This document shows positions 26,880 to 39,412 of a DNA stretch of 64,000 nt, piece by piece; the stretch's first letter is position 1, and every line of letters begins with the position of its first letter. The translations under genes were made by a program, and so were the position numbers. This stretch comes from Octopus vulgaris (Eukaryota). Under the pieces are notes generated by a model. The model did no database searches. It was given only the letters and a program-made list of their open reading frames with translations, and was not told where the DNA came from. Location of the stretch: NCBI GenBank assembly GCA_951406725.2, contig OX597836.1:39990001-40054000 (forward strand), read 5' to 3'.

Positions 26880-27368
26880 AATAATAATGAAATTATTGTA
26901 TACAGTGCTCAGGTGCACCACAACTTGTCAAAAAGTGCGTATAAAGTATATGCAGTAATGTACAAATGTCTGGAAAGCGAACAGTGTATGAGTCAGATAC
27001 ATGCTTGCGTGTGTATGGAGGGCAGAAAATCAGGTGTAGTGTTGGTGAATCTCAGGAAGCATGGAAGTTTTGAAGAATGCAGTGCTCCGACAACTAACAA
27101 CCGGCAGTTTGTTCCATACTTCAGCAACTCTTAGCGTGAAAAAATGTTTCCGAAAGTCATGGGAGCTGTGCTGTTTTCTGACTTTGTAAACATGTCCACG
27201 GGTGTTATAATAATAATAATAATAATAATGATGAAATTATTTTATACAGTGCTCAGGTGCACCACAACTTGTCGAAAGTGCATATGAAGCATATGCAGTA
27301 ATGTACAAATGTCTGGAAAGCGAACAGAGTCAGATACATGCTTGCGTGTGTATGGAGGGGAGAAAATC
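26880..27368 (-). mobile_element. CR1-clade LINE 3' end plus a tandem shorter copy
   Basis: Minus strand from ~27208 translates NTRGHVYKVRKQHSSHDFRKHFFTLRVAEVWNKLPVVSCRSTAFFK (CR1 RGH..FF..RV..WN.LP motif), then a 3' UTR and (TTA)n tail. The UTR is repeated at 27210-27368. Confidence 0.8.
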
Positions 27369-27706
27369 GTGGTATATCTCTGGCTTTAATCAGGCCAAGT
27401 CAGAGATATGATAGCCAAAGAACTGTTAGATGTGGTCAAGTCAACCGTGAAAACCTATGCGCGTTCGACAAGACGGTAACTAAACTGGCAAACCCCATCC
27501 AGCTTGTTTGATTAAGTGGGTGTCTTTTGGACACGCTTTGGAATGGAAATAAACGGGAGAGCGCGAATGAACTAAAGAGAATCAATTTGCCACTGAATTG
27601 CGTGTATTTATGTCTACGCAAATGCACGAGCATTTAAGCATGTATGATAGTGCATATTGGTAAAAGAACACTCTTGACGCTTGCAGTATTTGTAGCTACT
27701 AAAACG

Positions 27707-28205
27707 CGGCGAGCTGGCAGAAACGTTTGGGCAAAATGCTTGGCGGTATTTCGTCTGCCGTTACGTTCTGAGTTCAAATTCCGCCGAGGTCGAGTTTGCC
27801 TTTCATCCTTTCGGGGTTGATAAATTAAGTACCTATTTCTTTACTACCCACGAGGGGCTAAACAGAGAGGGGACAAACAAGGACAGGCAAACGGATTAAA
27901 TCGATTACATCGACCCCAGTGCGTAACTGGTACTTAATTTATCGACCCCGAAAGGATGAAAGGCAAAGTCGATCTCGGCAGAATTTGAACTCAGAACATA
28001 GCGGCAGACGAAATACGGCTACACATTTCACCCAACGTGCTAACGATTCTGTCAGCTCGCCGCCTTTATAATATTACTGGTACTGATAAATTAAGTACCA
28101 GTTATGCACTGGAGTCGATATAATCGACTTAATCCGTTTGTTTGTCCTTGCTTGTCTCCTCTGTGTTTAGCCCATTGTGGGTAGTAATGAAATAGGTATT
28201 TGTAG
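27707..28205. mobile_element. Rearranged SINE family A cluster (+, -, + pieces)
   Basis: Forward head at 27707-27833, reverse copy at 27833-28065 and forward 3' half at 28085-28205. Confidence 0.8.
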
Positions 28206-28472
28206 CTACTAGCCATCCTACATGTTTTTAGCTGGTTAGCAGTGAATAACTTCAAGCATTTAAAGAGGGACACTTGTGTCACATTACGATTTGTTACTAA
28301 AATTTGATGTCCACGTAGTTCTTTTCAGTTTTTATTTTTATTTTTCTCAAGTATAAGTCAAGATTTAAGCTTCTTCACAAACTGATGTCAGGACATTCCA
28401 CGCGGTGGAAAATTCCCTTCCCTGTAGTTCTTCTCAGAGCAGAAATACCTAATGATTTAAAGAATTTAGTAA

Positions 28473-28650
28473 TGCTTAGCGGTATTTCGTCTGTCTTTAC
28501 GTTCTGAGTTCAAATTCCGCTGGGGTCGACTTTGCCTTTCATCCTTTCGGGGTCGATAAATTAAGTACCAGCTGCGTACTGAGGTCTATCTAATCGACTC
28601 CCCACCCCCCCAAAAAAAATTCGGGCCTTGTGCCTTGAGTAGAAAAGAAA
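28473..28650 (+). mobile_element. SINE family A copy (5'-truncated)
   Basis: TGCTTAGCGGTATTTCGTCTG..GCCTTTCATCCTTTCGGGGTCGATAAATTAAGTACCAG. Confidence 0.8.
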
Positions 28651-29161
28651 GGTTACTGAGCATTCAACAGATCTCTCACACGGTTCACCCTTCACTACTG
28701 CGGACTGTCTGAAAACGAAAACATTCAATACCAGTTCTCTAGTGCTGTTCCTTTACATATAAACTTCTATGCACCAGCATTCGATAACATTTTGACCTCT
28801 CCGATCATGAACTTTGCATGAAAATGACATTTAAAAGGATGTATCATAATATATGTACAATGGCTACCGCCTCCCAACTCAGTAACCGTATTTCTAGCAG
28901 TCTTTGAAAAATCTACCAGGACGACTTTTGAACTCCGAGGAGAAAAAATTGTCGGATGACTTGTTCCATTATTTGATTGATTAATTGGTTAATCTTTTGA
29001 TCGATTGAGTGTACAAACCATAGTATGATATCGATACAGTTAATCAGGCTTTTTGAAACATGTAAGCAAATAATATCCTATAAAAAAATAACTCTGATTA
29101 CTGTTGTATCCTGTGATTAATGTATCGATCTATCAATTGGTGACTAATTTCAGGCTTACAG

Positions 29162-29241
<80 letters not shown>

Positions 29242-29243
<2 letters not shown>

Positions 29244-29531
29244 AAGCGCTATGGCCCAGTGGTTAGGGCAGCGGACTCGCGGTTTCGATTCCCAGACCGG
29301 GCATTGTAAGTGTTTATTCAGCGAAAACACCTAAAACTCTACGAGCAGGTGTGGTGGGGTGATCCCTGCTGTACTCTTTCGCCACAACTTTCTCTCACTC
29401 TTTCTTCTGTTGGCCTGCTCGCTTAGCCAGCGGGGTTGGCGTCATTTGAAGGCTAAAACAATGCGAAGCGCATTGTGACCAGCGATGTGTAGCAACATCT
29501 GATAGCCTGGTCGGTCACGGTGATCACGGTG

Positions 29532-29533
<2 letters not shown>
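29242..29533 (+). mobile_element. SINE family C copy with RTE-derived tail
   Basis: Head GGAAGCGCTATGGCCCAGTGGTTAGGGCAGCGGACTCGC; tail GCATTGTGACCAGCGATGTG..TGGTCGGTCACGGTGATCACGGTGAT. Confidence 0.85.
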
Positions 29534-29580
<47 letters not shown>

Positions 29581-29664
29581 TGGTGCTATTAAGTTAGACA
29601 TGGCCTGGACCAATCTCTGGTCGAAACATATCTAAGTTTTATCTAAGTTTTATATATATATATA

Positions 29665-30348
29665 CAGGGCTTGGACAAAATAATGAAAACACCTTAAAAT
29701 TTCAAGCAAATTTGTATTAATATGCGGTAGGACCGCCTTTGGCAGTAATTACAGATTGAATTCTACGAGGTATGGACTCGTACAAAGTTTGAATTGTTTC
29801 CAAAAGAATTTTTGTCCATTCTTCAGCTAAAACAGTTCTTGTGGTGATGTTGGTGGAGGGTATCGACTCTTTATTTGTTTTTCTAAAATGCACCATAACT
29901 GTTCAATAATACTGAGATCTGCGGACTATGATCGCTAGATAAGATGTTCAACTACACTAAAATGTTTCTCTAGCCATTCAGTAAAAAGTTCCCCAAACAT
30001 ACGATTAATTTGATCAGATAAATTGCTTAAGTAGTCTTGACTATGAATTCTGCCATGAAGGGAAACCATTGGGCCGGCGGATTTCCAAGATATAGCCCAC
30101 CCCGAGATCATCACAGATCCTCCTCCATGTTTAACAGTTGGAAGAAGACAGTCTGCGTCAAATGCTTCTTTTGGATGTCTCCACACGAATCCTCAGCCGG
30201 TAGTCGGAAATAAGGTAATGGATGACTCGTCCGAGAAAATAACATTCTTACACTGGTCTGGTTTGTGTTTGAAAGTAGTGGTTTTCTGATTGCAGCCCTC
30301 CCGTGAAATCTGGCTTTGTGCAGTAGCTCCCGGCGAACAGCTTTTGTG
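29665..30348 (-). mobile_element. Tc1-like transposon, 3' part with one TIR and a decayed transposase
   Basis: TA|CAGGGCTTGGACAAAATAATGAAAACACC terminus. Minus-strand frames give FHGRAAIRKPLL, NVIFSDES, LPTVKHGGGSVMI and QSADLSIIEQLW (Tc1 motifs). Confidence 0.88.
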
Positions 30349-30674
30349 ATATATATATACATATATATATGTGTGTGTGTTTGTGTGTAATACACACACA
30401 CTGATATATATATATATATATATATATCTAATATCGAATAACATTTTTCGAAAAAATTCCAGCATATTAAAAAAACCATTAAAGGTTAAATTTATAAACA
30501 ATTTATAAACAAGGGCAAACGAAAAAAATTCTTTATAGTGATAAATTATATGGTTATTGACGATTTGTCTATTTTCGGCATATTTGGAATTAGAATTTTT
30601 TTTCTTTTGCCCTTGTATATATATATCTTCTCCGGCATGTATCTTTTCCGGCGCGTTCTTTTGTATTTATCGTG

Positions 30675-30781
30675 CTTTAGGTGCTTACGCTCAATAAACT
30701 CTCACAACGCCCGGTTGGGAATCGAAACCGCGATCCTACAACCGCGAGTCCGCTGCCCTAACCACTGGGACATTACGCCTC

Positions 30782-30782
<1 letters not shown>
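30675..30782 (-). mobile_element. SINE family C head fragment
   Basis: Reverse complement of GGAGGCGTAATGTCCCAGTGGTTAGGGCAGCGGACTCGCGG..GGTTTCGATTCCC. Confidence 0.75.
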
Positions 30783-30860
<78 letters not shown>

Positions 30861-30977
30861 TGTGTGTGTGTGAGTGTGTTTGTGTGTGTGTGTGAGTGTG
30901 TGCATGTGTGTGTGTGTTTTTGTGCGCGCGCAGGCGTGTCTATGCGTATGCGCGTGCGTGTTTTGCGCGCATGTGTT

Positions 30978-31016
<39 letters not shown>

Positions 31017-31341
31017 CTCTGGTTATATTTAACTATCCTATTTCTGAGGCCAAGCTTCGTATGTCCTGAAGACAAGAACGATGTTATTATTTGTGTTGCT
31101 GGTGTCGATCTTCTGTCTCAGCAACTTTTCGTTTCTATTTGTATAAAGATTTATGTTCAACACTATTTCTGGTGCGAATACATTTAATGCTTCTAGAATT
31201 TTCGGAACCGTAGAAGAAGAATTTAGCAAACCATATACACAGCACCATCAAAATTCCACCCACGCTAACTGACAAACTTCTACTCACCAAATACACTATA
31301 TCTGTTTAAAGAGTTCCTTTTCGAGTCTCGTTTATCACTAT

Positions 31342-31520
31342 TATCACCTTGATCACCTTGACCGACCAGTCCGTCAGGCGTCCATTTGACACCGCTGGTC
31401 ACAGCACGCTCTCCACTCCTCTCTGGATCGCGCCTTTCTCGTCCATGTGATCCCAATCGTCCTCCTGAAATCGTAACTCCACCGTCGTGGAGGTCTTCCG
31501 GGTGGTCTTTGTACCACTCG
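31342..31520 (-). mobile_element. RTE LINE 3' end (putative partner of SINE family C)
   Basis: Translates QRPPGRPPRRWSYDFRRTIGITWTRKARSREEWRACCDQRCQMDA*, then CGGACTGGTCGGTCAAGGTGATCAAGGTGAT. Confidence 0.8.
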
Positions 31521-31555
31521 ACAACTATTATACCAGTTATTATTTCTTTCCCTCA

Positions 31556-31700
31556 AGGCGGCGAGCTGGTAGAAACGTTAGCACGCCGGGCGAAATGCTT
31601 AGTGGTATTTCGTCTGCCGCTACGTTCTAAGTTCAAATTCCGCCGAGGTCGACTTGGCCTTTCATCCTTTCGGACTCGATAAAATAAGCACCACTGAAAC
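31556..31700 (+). mobile_element. SINE family A copy (3'-truncated)
   Basis: GGCGGCGAGCTGGTAGAAACGTTAGCACGCCGGGCG..GCCTTTCATCCTTTCGG. Confidence 0.8.
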
Positions 31701-31770
31701 ACTGAAACCAAATTATATTACTATAATTTCACCCTGTGGTCGGTTTTCGAATCTGTAGAGTAATAATACT

Positions 31771-31980
31771 CTTTACTCTTTTACTATTTCGTTTCAGTCA
31801 TTTGACTGCGGCCATGCTGAAGCACTGCCTTTAGTCAAGCAAATCAACCACAGGACTTATTCTTTGTAAGCCTAGTACTTATTCTACCGGTCTCTTTGGC
31901 CGAACCGCTAAGTTACGGAGACGTAAACAGACCAGCATCGGTTGTCAAGCGATGTTGGGGGGACAAATACAGACACACAA

Positions 31981-32011
<31 letters not shown>

Positions 32012-32174
32012 CGAAGGGCTTCTTTCAGTTTCCGTCTACCAAATCCATTCACAAGGCTTTGACCGGCCCGAGGCTATAGTAGAAGACACTTGCCCAAGGT
32101 GCCACACAATGGGACTGAACCCAGAACCATGTGGTTGGTAAGCAAGCTACTTACCACACAGCCACTCCTGCGCC
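31771..32174 (-). mobile_element. SINE family B, full length
   Basis: The head GGCGCAGGAGTGGCTGTGTGG begins at 32174 on the minus strand; internal microsatellite; (AAAAGAGT)-type tail near 31771. Confidence 0.88.
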
Positions 32175-32232
32175 TAGGAATATTTACATACATATATGCA
32201 TGCATACATACTTACATGCATACATACAATAC

Positions 32233-32686
32233 ATGATGGCTGCCCCCTCGTTATCGAGTATGGCCATTGCACGAAGCTTAACTGTTACTGGTGCTGTGAT
32301 CGAATGTGACTTTTTAGCCCAGCTAAAGATCTACAATGTCTTGTACAAAATTGGCAACTAAAACCTTTACCGGCAAAAGCCGGCTGTGGTTGTAACTTGG
32401 CCTCATGTACCTTTGCATGTCGTTTAAGTCCTCCTGCCGAATTACACTCTCTTCCACATGCCCGACAGATATGATTAGTATGGTGTGTAACACCACCACC
32501 AGTGGCCAGGTTGTCCCTCATCTGTCTCGCTTTATGACTACGAAGATGACTCTTGAGTTCAGCTTTACTGAGGCAGGGTTTTGCACAGACACTGCATGTC
32601 AGCATCATAGGAAGACCCTTCCCATCTGGAAGCGTAACAGCGATGCCCTTCCTGACATCCCTCCTTACTTTCTCATGCGCAACGCA
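32233..32686 (-). mobile_element. RTE-like LINE 3' fragment encoding three C2H2 zinc fingers
   Basis: Open frame with CSVCAKPCLSKAELKSHLRSH, CRACGRECNSAGGLKRHAKVH and CQFCTRHCRSLAGLKSHIRSQH*, then a short UTR GGCCATACTCGATAACGAGGGGGCAGCCATCAT. The 5' end is cut by (TACA)n. Confidence 0.65.
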
Positions 32687-32718
32687 TACATACATACATA
32701 CATACATACATACATACA

Positions 32719-32752
<34 letters not shown>

Positions 32753-33372
32753 CTTAGAACTTGGTTTTGGCCAGTATCGGCCCAGGCCATGTCTAACTTA
32801 ATAGCACGCTGATATACACGCTGATATACAGTTCAGAGATAGGGAAGACGTGAACGAAGAAAACAAAATTCGGAATTAAACGACTGTTGCCAAGGGACCT
32901 TATTGTGCAACCTTTAATACGAAACAAGTGTCCAATCCATTCCAATCTTCATTAGTCTTTATGCTTGTTACTTGAATATAAGCTCCACGTATTATATAAA
33001 CATAACACTATAAACAATGATACACAGGGTAAAGAACAACAATACAACATACAATAGTGATGAGGAGGAAAACAAGAGAAAATAATATTTACTGCAAATC
33101 AGCTAAATTAATAAGGAAATTGAAGCGAATACAGGAACTGTGAGATTAGTTAAAAGTCGAAACCAATGTTGTAATTAATTAGGAGAATCTAATTAATCAG
33201 ACTTGGAAGCAATATTATAGTAATATATGTAATAACAACACGAACAACAACGGTGAAAATAACAAGACATCCACGACAACGGCGAGAGTATTAAAACCAT
33301 TTGCGACGAGACGGTAAGTAAACCTGTTTGTGGTCGCTCGGCCGGCTAGAAATAGCAACCAAATTATATTAC

Positions 33373-33825
33373 ATCATCATGATTATTGTTCGACCGTGGT
33401 CGAGACAATGGAATTTACTATGTTACGCCAGACTTCACGGTCCATCATAGCATTACGGAGGTCCTGTTGCTGGATGCCTGTATCCCTGGAGATTATATCA
33501 GGGTAGGAGAGTGTGCGCCCTCTGGTATCGCGAGCAGATGGCTTCCAGAGGAGAAGAGTAGAAATTACCTCGTTTTCAGCTCTACAACAATGGACTCTTC
33601 TACCTTTCACAAGAGATGATACAGGTGGTAGTTTCCCATATATTTGTACTTTGGTTGGATAACGCTTCCACGAGAGATTTTGAGCTCTCATAAGGAGGCA
33701 AGTGTAAGTTACATCCAACCGCCTCTCAAGCTTTTTTGATAACGTCCAGGTTTCTGAGCCATATAGTAGAATTGGTTCGACTGTGGCTTTGAAGATTTTA
33801 AGTTTGAAATCTCTACTTAGATTTC
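33373..33825 (-). mobile_element. RTE/RTEX-type LINE 3' fragment
   Basis: Translates FKLKIFKATVEPILLYGSETWTLSKKLERRLD..LLLWKPS..RGRTLSYPDIISRDTG..MMDREVWR..EQ*, with a short (TGA)-type tail. Confidence 0.85.
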
Positions 33826-33888
33826 TATAATATCACCCTGCCGTCAGTTTCCGAATTTGTAGGGTAACAAAGCATAGAATTATTTGAG

Positions 33889-34228
33889 ATATATATAAAG
33901 CTGAAGTTGTCTGTGTATAGCAAGTTTGGTAGCCTTCAACTAACATTATCTCCTCCGAGACCCTGCGCAAGTTGACCAAAATTGAGAGTATGATAGAAGA
34001 AGGCTTGCTCTTCGTTCCATAGAAGAAAAAATTCAAATCGGACCATGTTAACACCAAAACTTATTTACATCAAAAATATTTTTTACGCCATTTTTTGGGT
34101 TTATTTCAACCAGAAAAATGTTCACTTAAAGAGAATAACAAGCTACGTAATGCAAAATTTTTACTTTTCAAAAATTCCAATTCTAAAGCGTCGAAGCACA
34201 CCCGAGCAACGCCGAGCTATACTGCTAG
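33889..34228 (+). mobile_element. Non-autonomous Helitron-like element
   Basis: Starts ATATATATAAAGCTGAAGTTGTCTGTG; ends CCCGAGCAACGCCGAGC-TATACTG-CTAG|T (subterminal hairpin plus CTAG). Confidence 0.6.
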
Positions 34229-34763
34229 TTTGAGATAAACAAAGTCTGAAACGACAGCGCCGTTATGACTAAAACACATTTGATGGTATAGTGTTGGGGT
34301 TAAACTTGACGATTTTTATGCCTCAGTTTTTGATGTATTGAAAAACAATCAACGGTTTTGGAGTAAAGGTGTGTTTGAGAAAACGTTAGCTGAGATGGAG
34401 GACAGAAAGCCATCTGAATATTGGGAAAAAAGTTACCTGTATCGTTACGATTCGCGTTCGATATCAAAATGCCGACATCACGACGCTTTACATTGTTTTA
34501 GCCTTCTTAGGTGAGCAGGTTAACACTGCCTACCCCCATCTTGATCGAAAGGAGACTAAAGCAACGTGTAATGGAGTGTTTTGCTCATGAACACAACGCA
34601 CCGCCCAATCTGGAAATTGAAACCACAAAATAGTGATCGTGCGTGCAACAGCCTAACCACTAGGCCACGCGCCTTCATAAATACATACATATATATATAT
34701 GTATGTATGTATGTATATATGTATGTATATATGTATGTATGTATATATGTATGTATGTATATA

Positions 34764-34833
<70 letters not shown>

Positions 34834-35364
34834 TATATATATATATATATGCAGAGAGAGCGAGAGTATGTGTGTGTGTGAGTATGTGTGTGTTAGTTAG
34901 TGTGTGACGATAGATTTAAACGTGTTTCATTGTAACATTCATTTGTTTCAAGTTGTTGTTTTTTTATTGTTTACCGAAGTAAACAAACCGAGTAAACAAG
35001 CCTATATAAATAAACAAATATATATATATATACACACACATCTACACAAACACGAGAATGCGTCACGCCCCATTAAACACACGACTATTATTCTCTGATA
35101 AACAAACGGGGGTCAATGAAATCAAGGGCAAACATGACCCTTTTGTTTTGTCGATATTTTATCCTGTTAGTTTTTAAATACCCGTTCCTAACCCCACCCC
35201 TCACCCTCCCCTCTTCTCTGATCTCGCTCTTGATTTGCGATCAGAGAGTCATTATCATCACCATCATCACCATCATGATCGTCGTCGTCGTCGCCTTCGT
35301 TTTTGTCCTCTTCACGTCTACATTTTACTATCTTCTACTTATTCTACTACTACTACTGCTGCTG

Positions 35365-35423
<59 letters not shown>

Positions 35424-35590
35424 GCTGCTACTACAACTGCTACAAAGACGACGGCGGCGGCGACAACTGCAACTACAAGAAATTCACCTTTTTCGACTGC
35501 AACTAGAATTCTTCTTCGTCTCCTTCTTCTTCTTCTTCTTCTTCTTCTTCTTCTTCTTCTTCTTCTTCTTCTTCTTCTTCGTCTTCTTCC

Positions 35591-35843
35591 AGCATCGGTT
35601 GTCAAGCGATGTTGGAAGGGGGAAGGGGGCAAACACAGACACACACACACACGCACACACATATATATATATATATATATACACGACGGGCTTCTTTCAG
35701 TTTCCGTCTACCAAATCCACTCGCAAGCTTTGGTCGACCCGAGGCTATAGTAGAAGACACTTGCCCTGATGCCACGCAGTGGGATGAACCCGGAACCATG
35801 TTGTTGGTAAGCAAGCTGCTTACCACACAGCGACTCCTACGCC
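35591..35843 (-). mobile_element. SINE family B (5' two-thirds)
   Basis: Family B head and CORE-like segment on the minus strand. Confidence 0.8.
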
Positions 35844-36510
35844 AATATATATAATTATGAATATTTCTGCTGTAATTTTCATTTAGCATATCAACTTTTA
35901 TCTGGCAGACATGATCAAAATCGTTTGAAAGAGAACCAAGATGTCTATTCGTTTTGCCTAGAGTACACTGCGTTAAGCTCCATTTATTAACCCGAAGCCT
36001 TTTGGTTTCGATAAAGGGCCATTTATTTCCTATTGCTAGTAGGTTAAACGATCACGTAGAGGCTCTCGGTTGTGGTGTGTACGTGTGAGAGGACATGTAG
36101 TGCGAAATGTAAAACAAAAATTTTCATTTATTCTGTCTGAGTGACCCAGTCTGCTATAAACAACTATTTGCAGACCTATAATGCCTGATGGTCTCAACAA
36201 TGTCACGTCTGTATTTGATTCATTCAGAAATAACTCCCACCCCCCAACCAAATACACCTACCCCCCCCTTCCCGAATGAAATCATTAAGATAAAATATGG
36301 CGAACAGCACGTATGTATGTATATATGTATGTGTGTATGAGTGTGTGTTGATGCACATGTGCATGTATTTTTGTGTGTATGTGTACACACACACACACAC
36401 ATATATATATCATACATACATATATCTATATTATACATACATATATAGATAGATATACGTATATATATATATATATACAGAGAGAGAGGGAGAGGGAGAG
36501 ACGTACACAC

Positions 36511-36625
<115 letters not shown>

Positions 36626-36751
36626 CATACATACATCTATAAATATGTATTTGCGTGTGTGTGTGCATGTGTATATATCATATATATGTATATATAGACA
36701 AATATTAATTTTACCTATGTATACATATATAAATACATTCATATACATTTA

Positions 36752-37017
36752 CGTAGTCTCTTCAATAAATATCCGGATTGTTGCCATAGTTACGAAACTA
36801 AAGTACGCGGAGTAAAGCGCAGATTGACCTTGCACTAAGTTTTAACGTTCTAATTCACTTCTACTGTTTATAGCAGTGCTTGGAAGGAAGGTGTGTAGCG
36901 TGTGATCGTCGCATTGACCATGATAGTGGAAATTGAACAGAGGATCTGCATTAAATTTTGCCAAAAGCTTGACGATACCTGCTCAGGAGCCTCCGCAAAA
37001 TATTAAAAAAGTTTTCA
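36752..37017 (+). mobile_element. Mariner 5' fragment
   Basis: TA|CGTAGTCTCTTCAATAAATATCCGGAT TIR-like start; encodes MIVEIEQRICIKFCQKL (mariner N-terminus). Confidence 0.7.
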
Positions 37018-37423
37018 CAGGAGTGGCTGTGTGGTAAGTAGCTTGCTTACCAACCACATGGTTCCGGTTCAGTCCTACTGTGTGGCACCTTGGGCAAGTG
37101 TCTTCTACTATAGCCTCGGGCCGACCAAAGCCTTGTGAGTGGATTTGGTAGACGGAAACTAGAAGAAGCCCGTCGCAAATATGTATATATATGTGTGTGT
37201 ATGTATATGTTTGTGTCTGTGTTAGTCCCCCCACCATTGCTTGACAACCGATGGTGGTGTGTTTACGTCCCGTAACTTAGCGGTTCAGCAAAAGAGACTG
37301 ATAGAATAAGTACTAAGCTTACAAAGAATAAGTCCGGGGGTCGATTTACTCGACTAGAAGGCTGTGTTCCAGCATGGCCGCAGTCAAATGACTGAAACAA
37401 GTAAAAGAGTAAAAGAGTAAAGA
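37018..37423 (+). mobile_element. SINE family B, full length
   Basis: CAGGAGTGGCTGTGTGG.. through ..GACTGAAACAAGTAAAAGAGTAAAAGAGTAAAGAG. Confidence 0.9.
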
Positions 37424-37745
37424 GTATTGTTCTCGACACAATCAAGGAGATCTTGTGCGGCTGAAACCCGAGTGTCTTTTTGGTCAGCTGAAAGCAGTTT
37501 TGGCGCAAGCCTGGTAGACACGCGTCTCATACTCAAATCTCCAGTATAACTCACGAATGGTGACTCGACCGTTTCGCCTCACAGCTGAACCCACATCTGT
37601 GATATCTTTGGCAGTGGGTGCTCCAGAACGCTTGTCAATGTCGACGTTTTTCCGACCATCTTGGAAAATTCTGAACCACTCGTACACTCGTTTGCGGCTC
37701 ATACACTCCTTACCATGCATTTTCCTGCAACTCTGCGTCGGCATA
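37424..37745 (-). mobile_element. Mariner transposase fragment (HTH to WVPRLL region)
   Basis: GKECMSRKRVYEWFRIFQDGRKNVDIDKRSGAP..RVTIREL and MRRVSTRLAPKLLSADQKDTRV. Confidence 0.8.
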
Positions 37746-37957
37746 TGACGTGTGACACATTTGTGCAACTGTGCAGGCAACGCCCGTTTGATTGAGTGAG
37801 CAAGTATAAAGTAGATGCATTTGATCACTATAAACGGATCCTTTGTGCAGATCGTTTGGCAAAAAGCTGAGCACTGGACGTCAGCTTCGAGGGAGATTCC
37901 ATCACATGCACACACACATACACACACAAACACACATATACGTACACACATATCTAC

Positions 37958-37996
<39 letters not shown>

Positions 37997-38096
37997 ATGT
38001 ATGTATGTATATGTATATACATATATACATATTTATACATGTATATATATATATGTATACATGTATATGTATATATATATATATATATGTATACAT

Positions 38097-38128
<32 letters not shown>

Positions 38129-38295
38129 GCATATTTATATATTTATACATGTATATGTATGTTATATAATGTAATATACTATATATGTATATATATATGT
38201 ATGTATGTATATGCATATATATATATATGTGTGTGTGTGTATATATATATACATATTTATACATGTATATATATGTTATATAATGTAATATACTA

Positions 38296-38358
<63 letters not shown>

Positions 38359-38503
38359 ATACATATTTATACATGTATATATATGTTATATAATGTAATA
38401 TACTATATATGTATATATAAAACTTAGATAAAACTTAGATATGTTTCGACCAGAGATTGGTCCAGGCCATGTCTAACTTAATAGCACCACCTGATTAGCA
38501 CCA

Positions 38504-38541
<38 letters not shown>

Positions 38542-39137
38542 CATACATATATCTATATATATACAGATATATGTTGTGTGTGTGTGTGTGTGTGTATGTG
38601 TTTGTGTCTATGTACGTATATATAACGGATCTGTACTGCAAAATATATTCTGCTATTCTAGATTCCTTTAGAAAGAATATTTATAAGCATCGTATTAGTA
38701 TTAGTATTACTAGCTTAGTATTAGTAGCTATACTAGACACTATTGGTGAGTTTAACGCTTAATGCTGACAACGGTAGTCATTTGTATTGACGGCAGTAAA
38801 ATTGATTTAATAGGTGGAATGACCATTGAGAGTCAATAACGGTTAGTATCGTCCATAATATTTAGTACTGACTATTATCGTTTAGTCTCCTGGATCACCA
38901 AATTAAGTATATGAGCTCAGATATTACTATCATAATATTTCGTAATGTGACAAACATAGAAATTATGACTATACATAAAGAGAGCAACTATGGTTTTTTT
39001 ATTTCATTTCTTATCGTATTAATACGCTGTCGTCGAATCATATTCCCAAATGTTATATGACTATGTGAGATGCCGGATGGGTCGCCATTCACGTGTATAC
39101 ATACATACATATATACATACATACATACATACATACA

Positions 39138-39171
<34 letters not shown>

Positions 39172-39261
39172 CATATATACATACATACATACATACATAC
39201 ATGCATGCAAACATACATACATGCATACATACATACATACATACATACATACATACATACA

Positions 39262-39295
<34 letters not shown>

Positions 39296-39412
39296 CACAC
39301 ACACATACATACATACACATATATATATATATATTGGGAAAAACGTTAAGATAACAAAAGAAAGAAAGAGACATCAATATTATGTAAATGGAGGAATTTA
39401 TCTGTAAAAATA

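Noticed and set aside
33305-33322. Strong donor CG|GTAAGT
   Set aside because: No matching upstream acceptor or credible exon.
34490-34520. Second AG|GTGAG juxtaposition (CTTCTTAG|GTGAGC)
   Set aside because: Lies in decayed SINE-derived sequence, has an upstream AG and no branch point.
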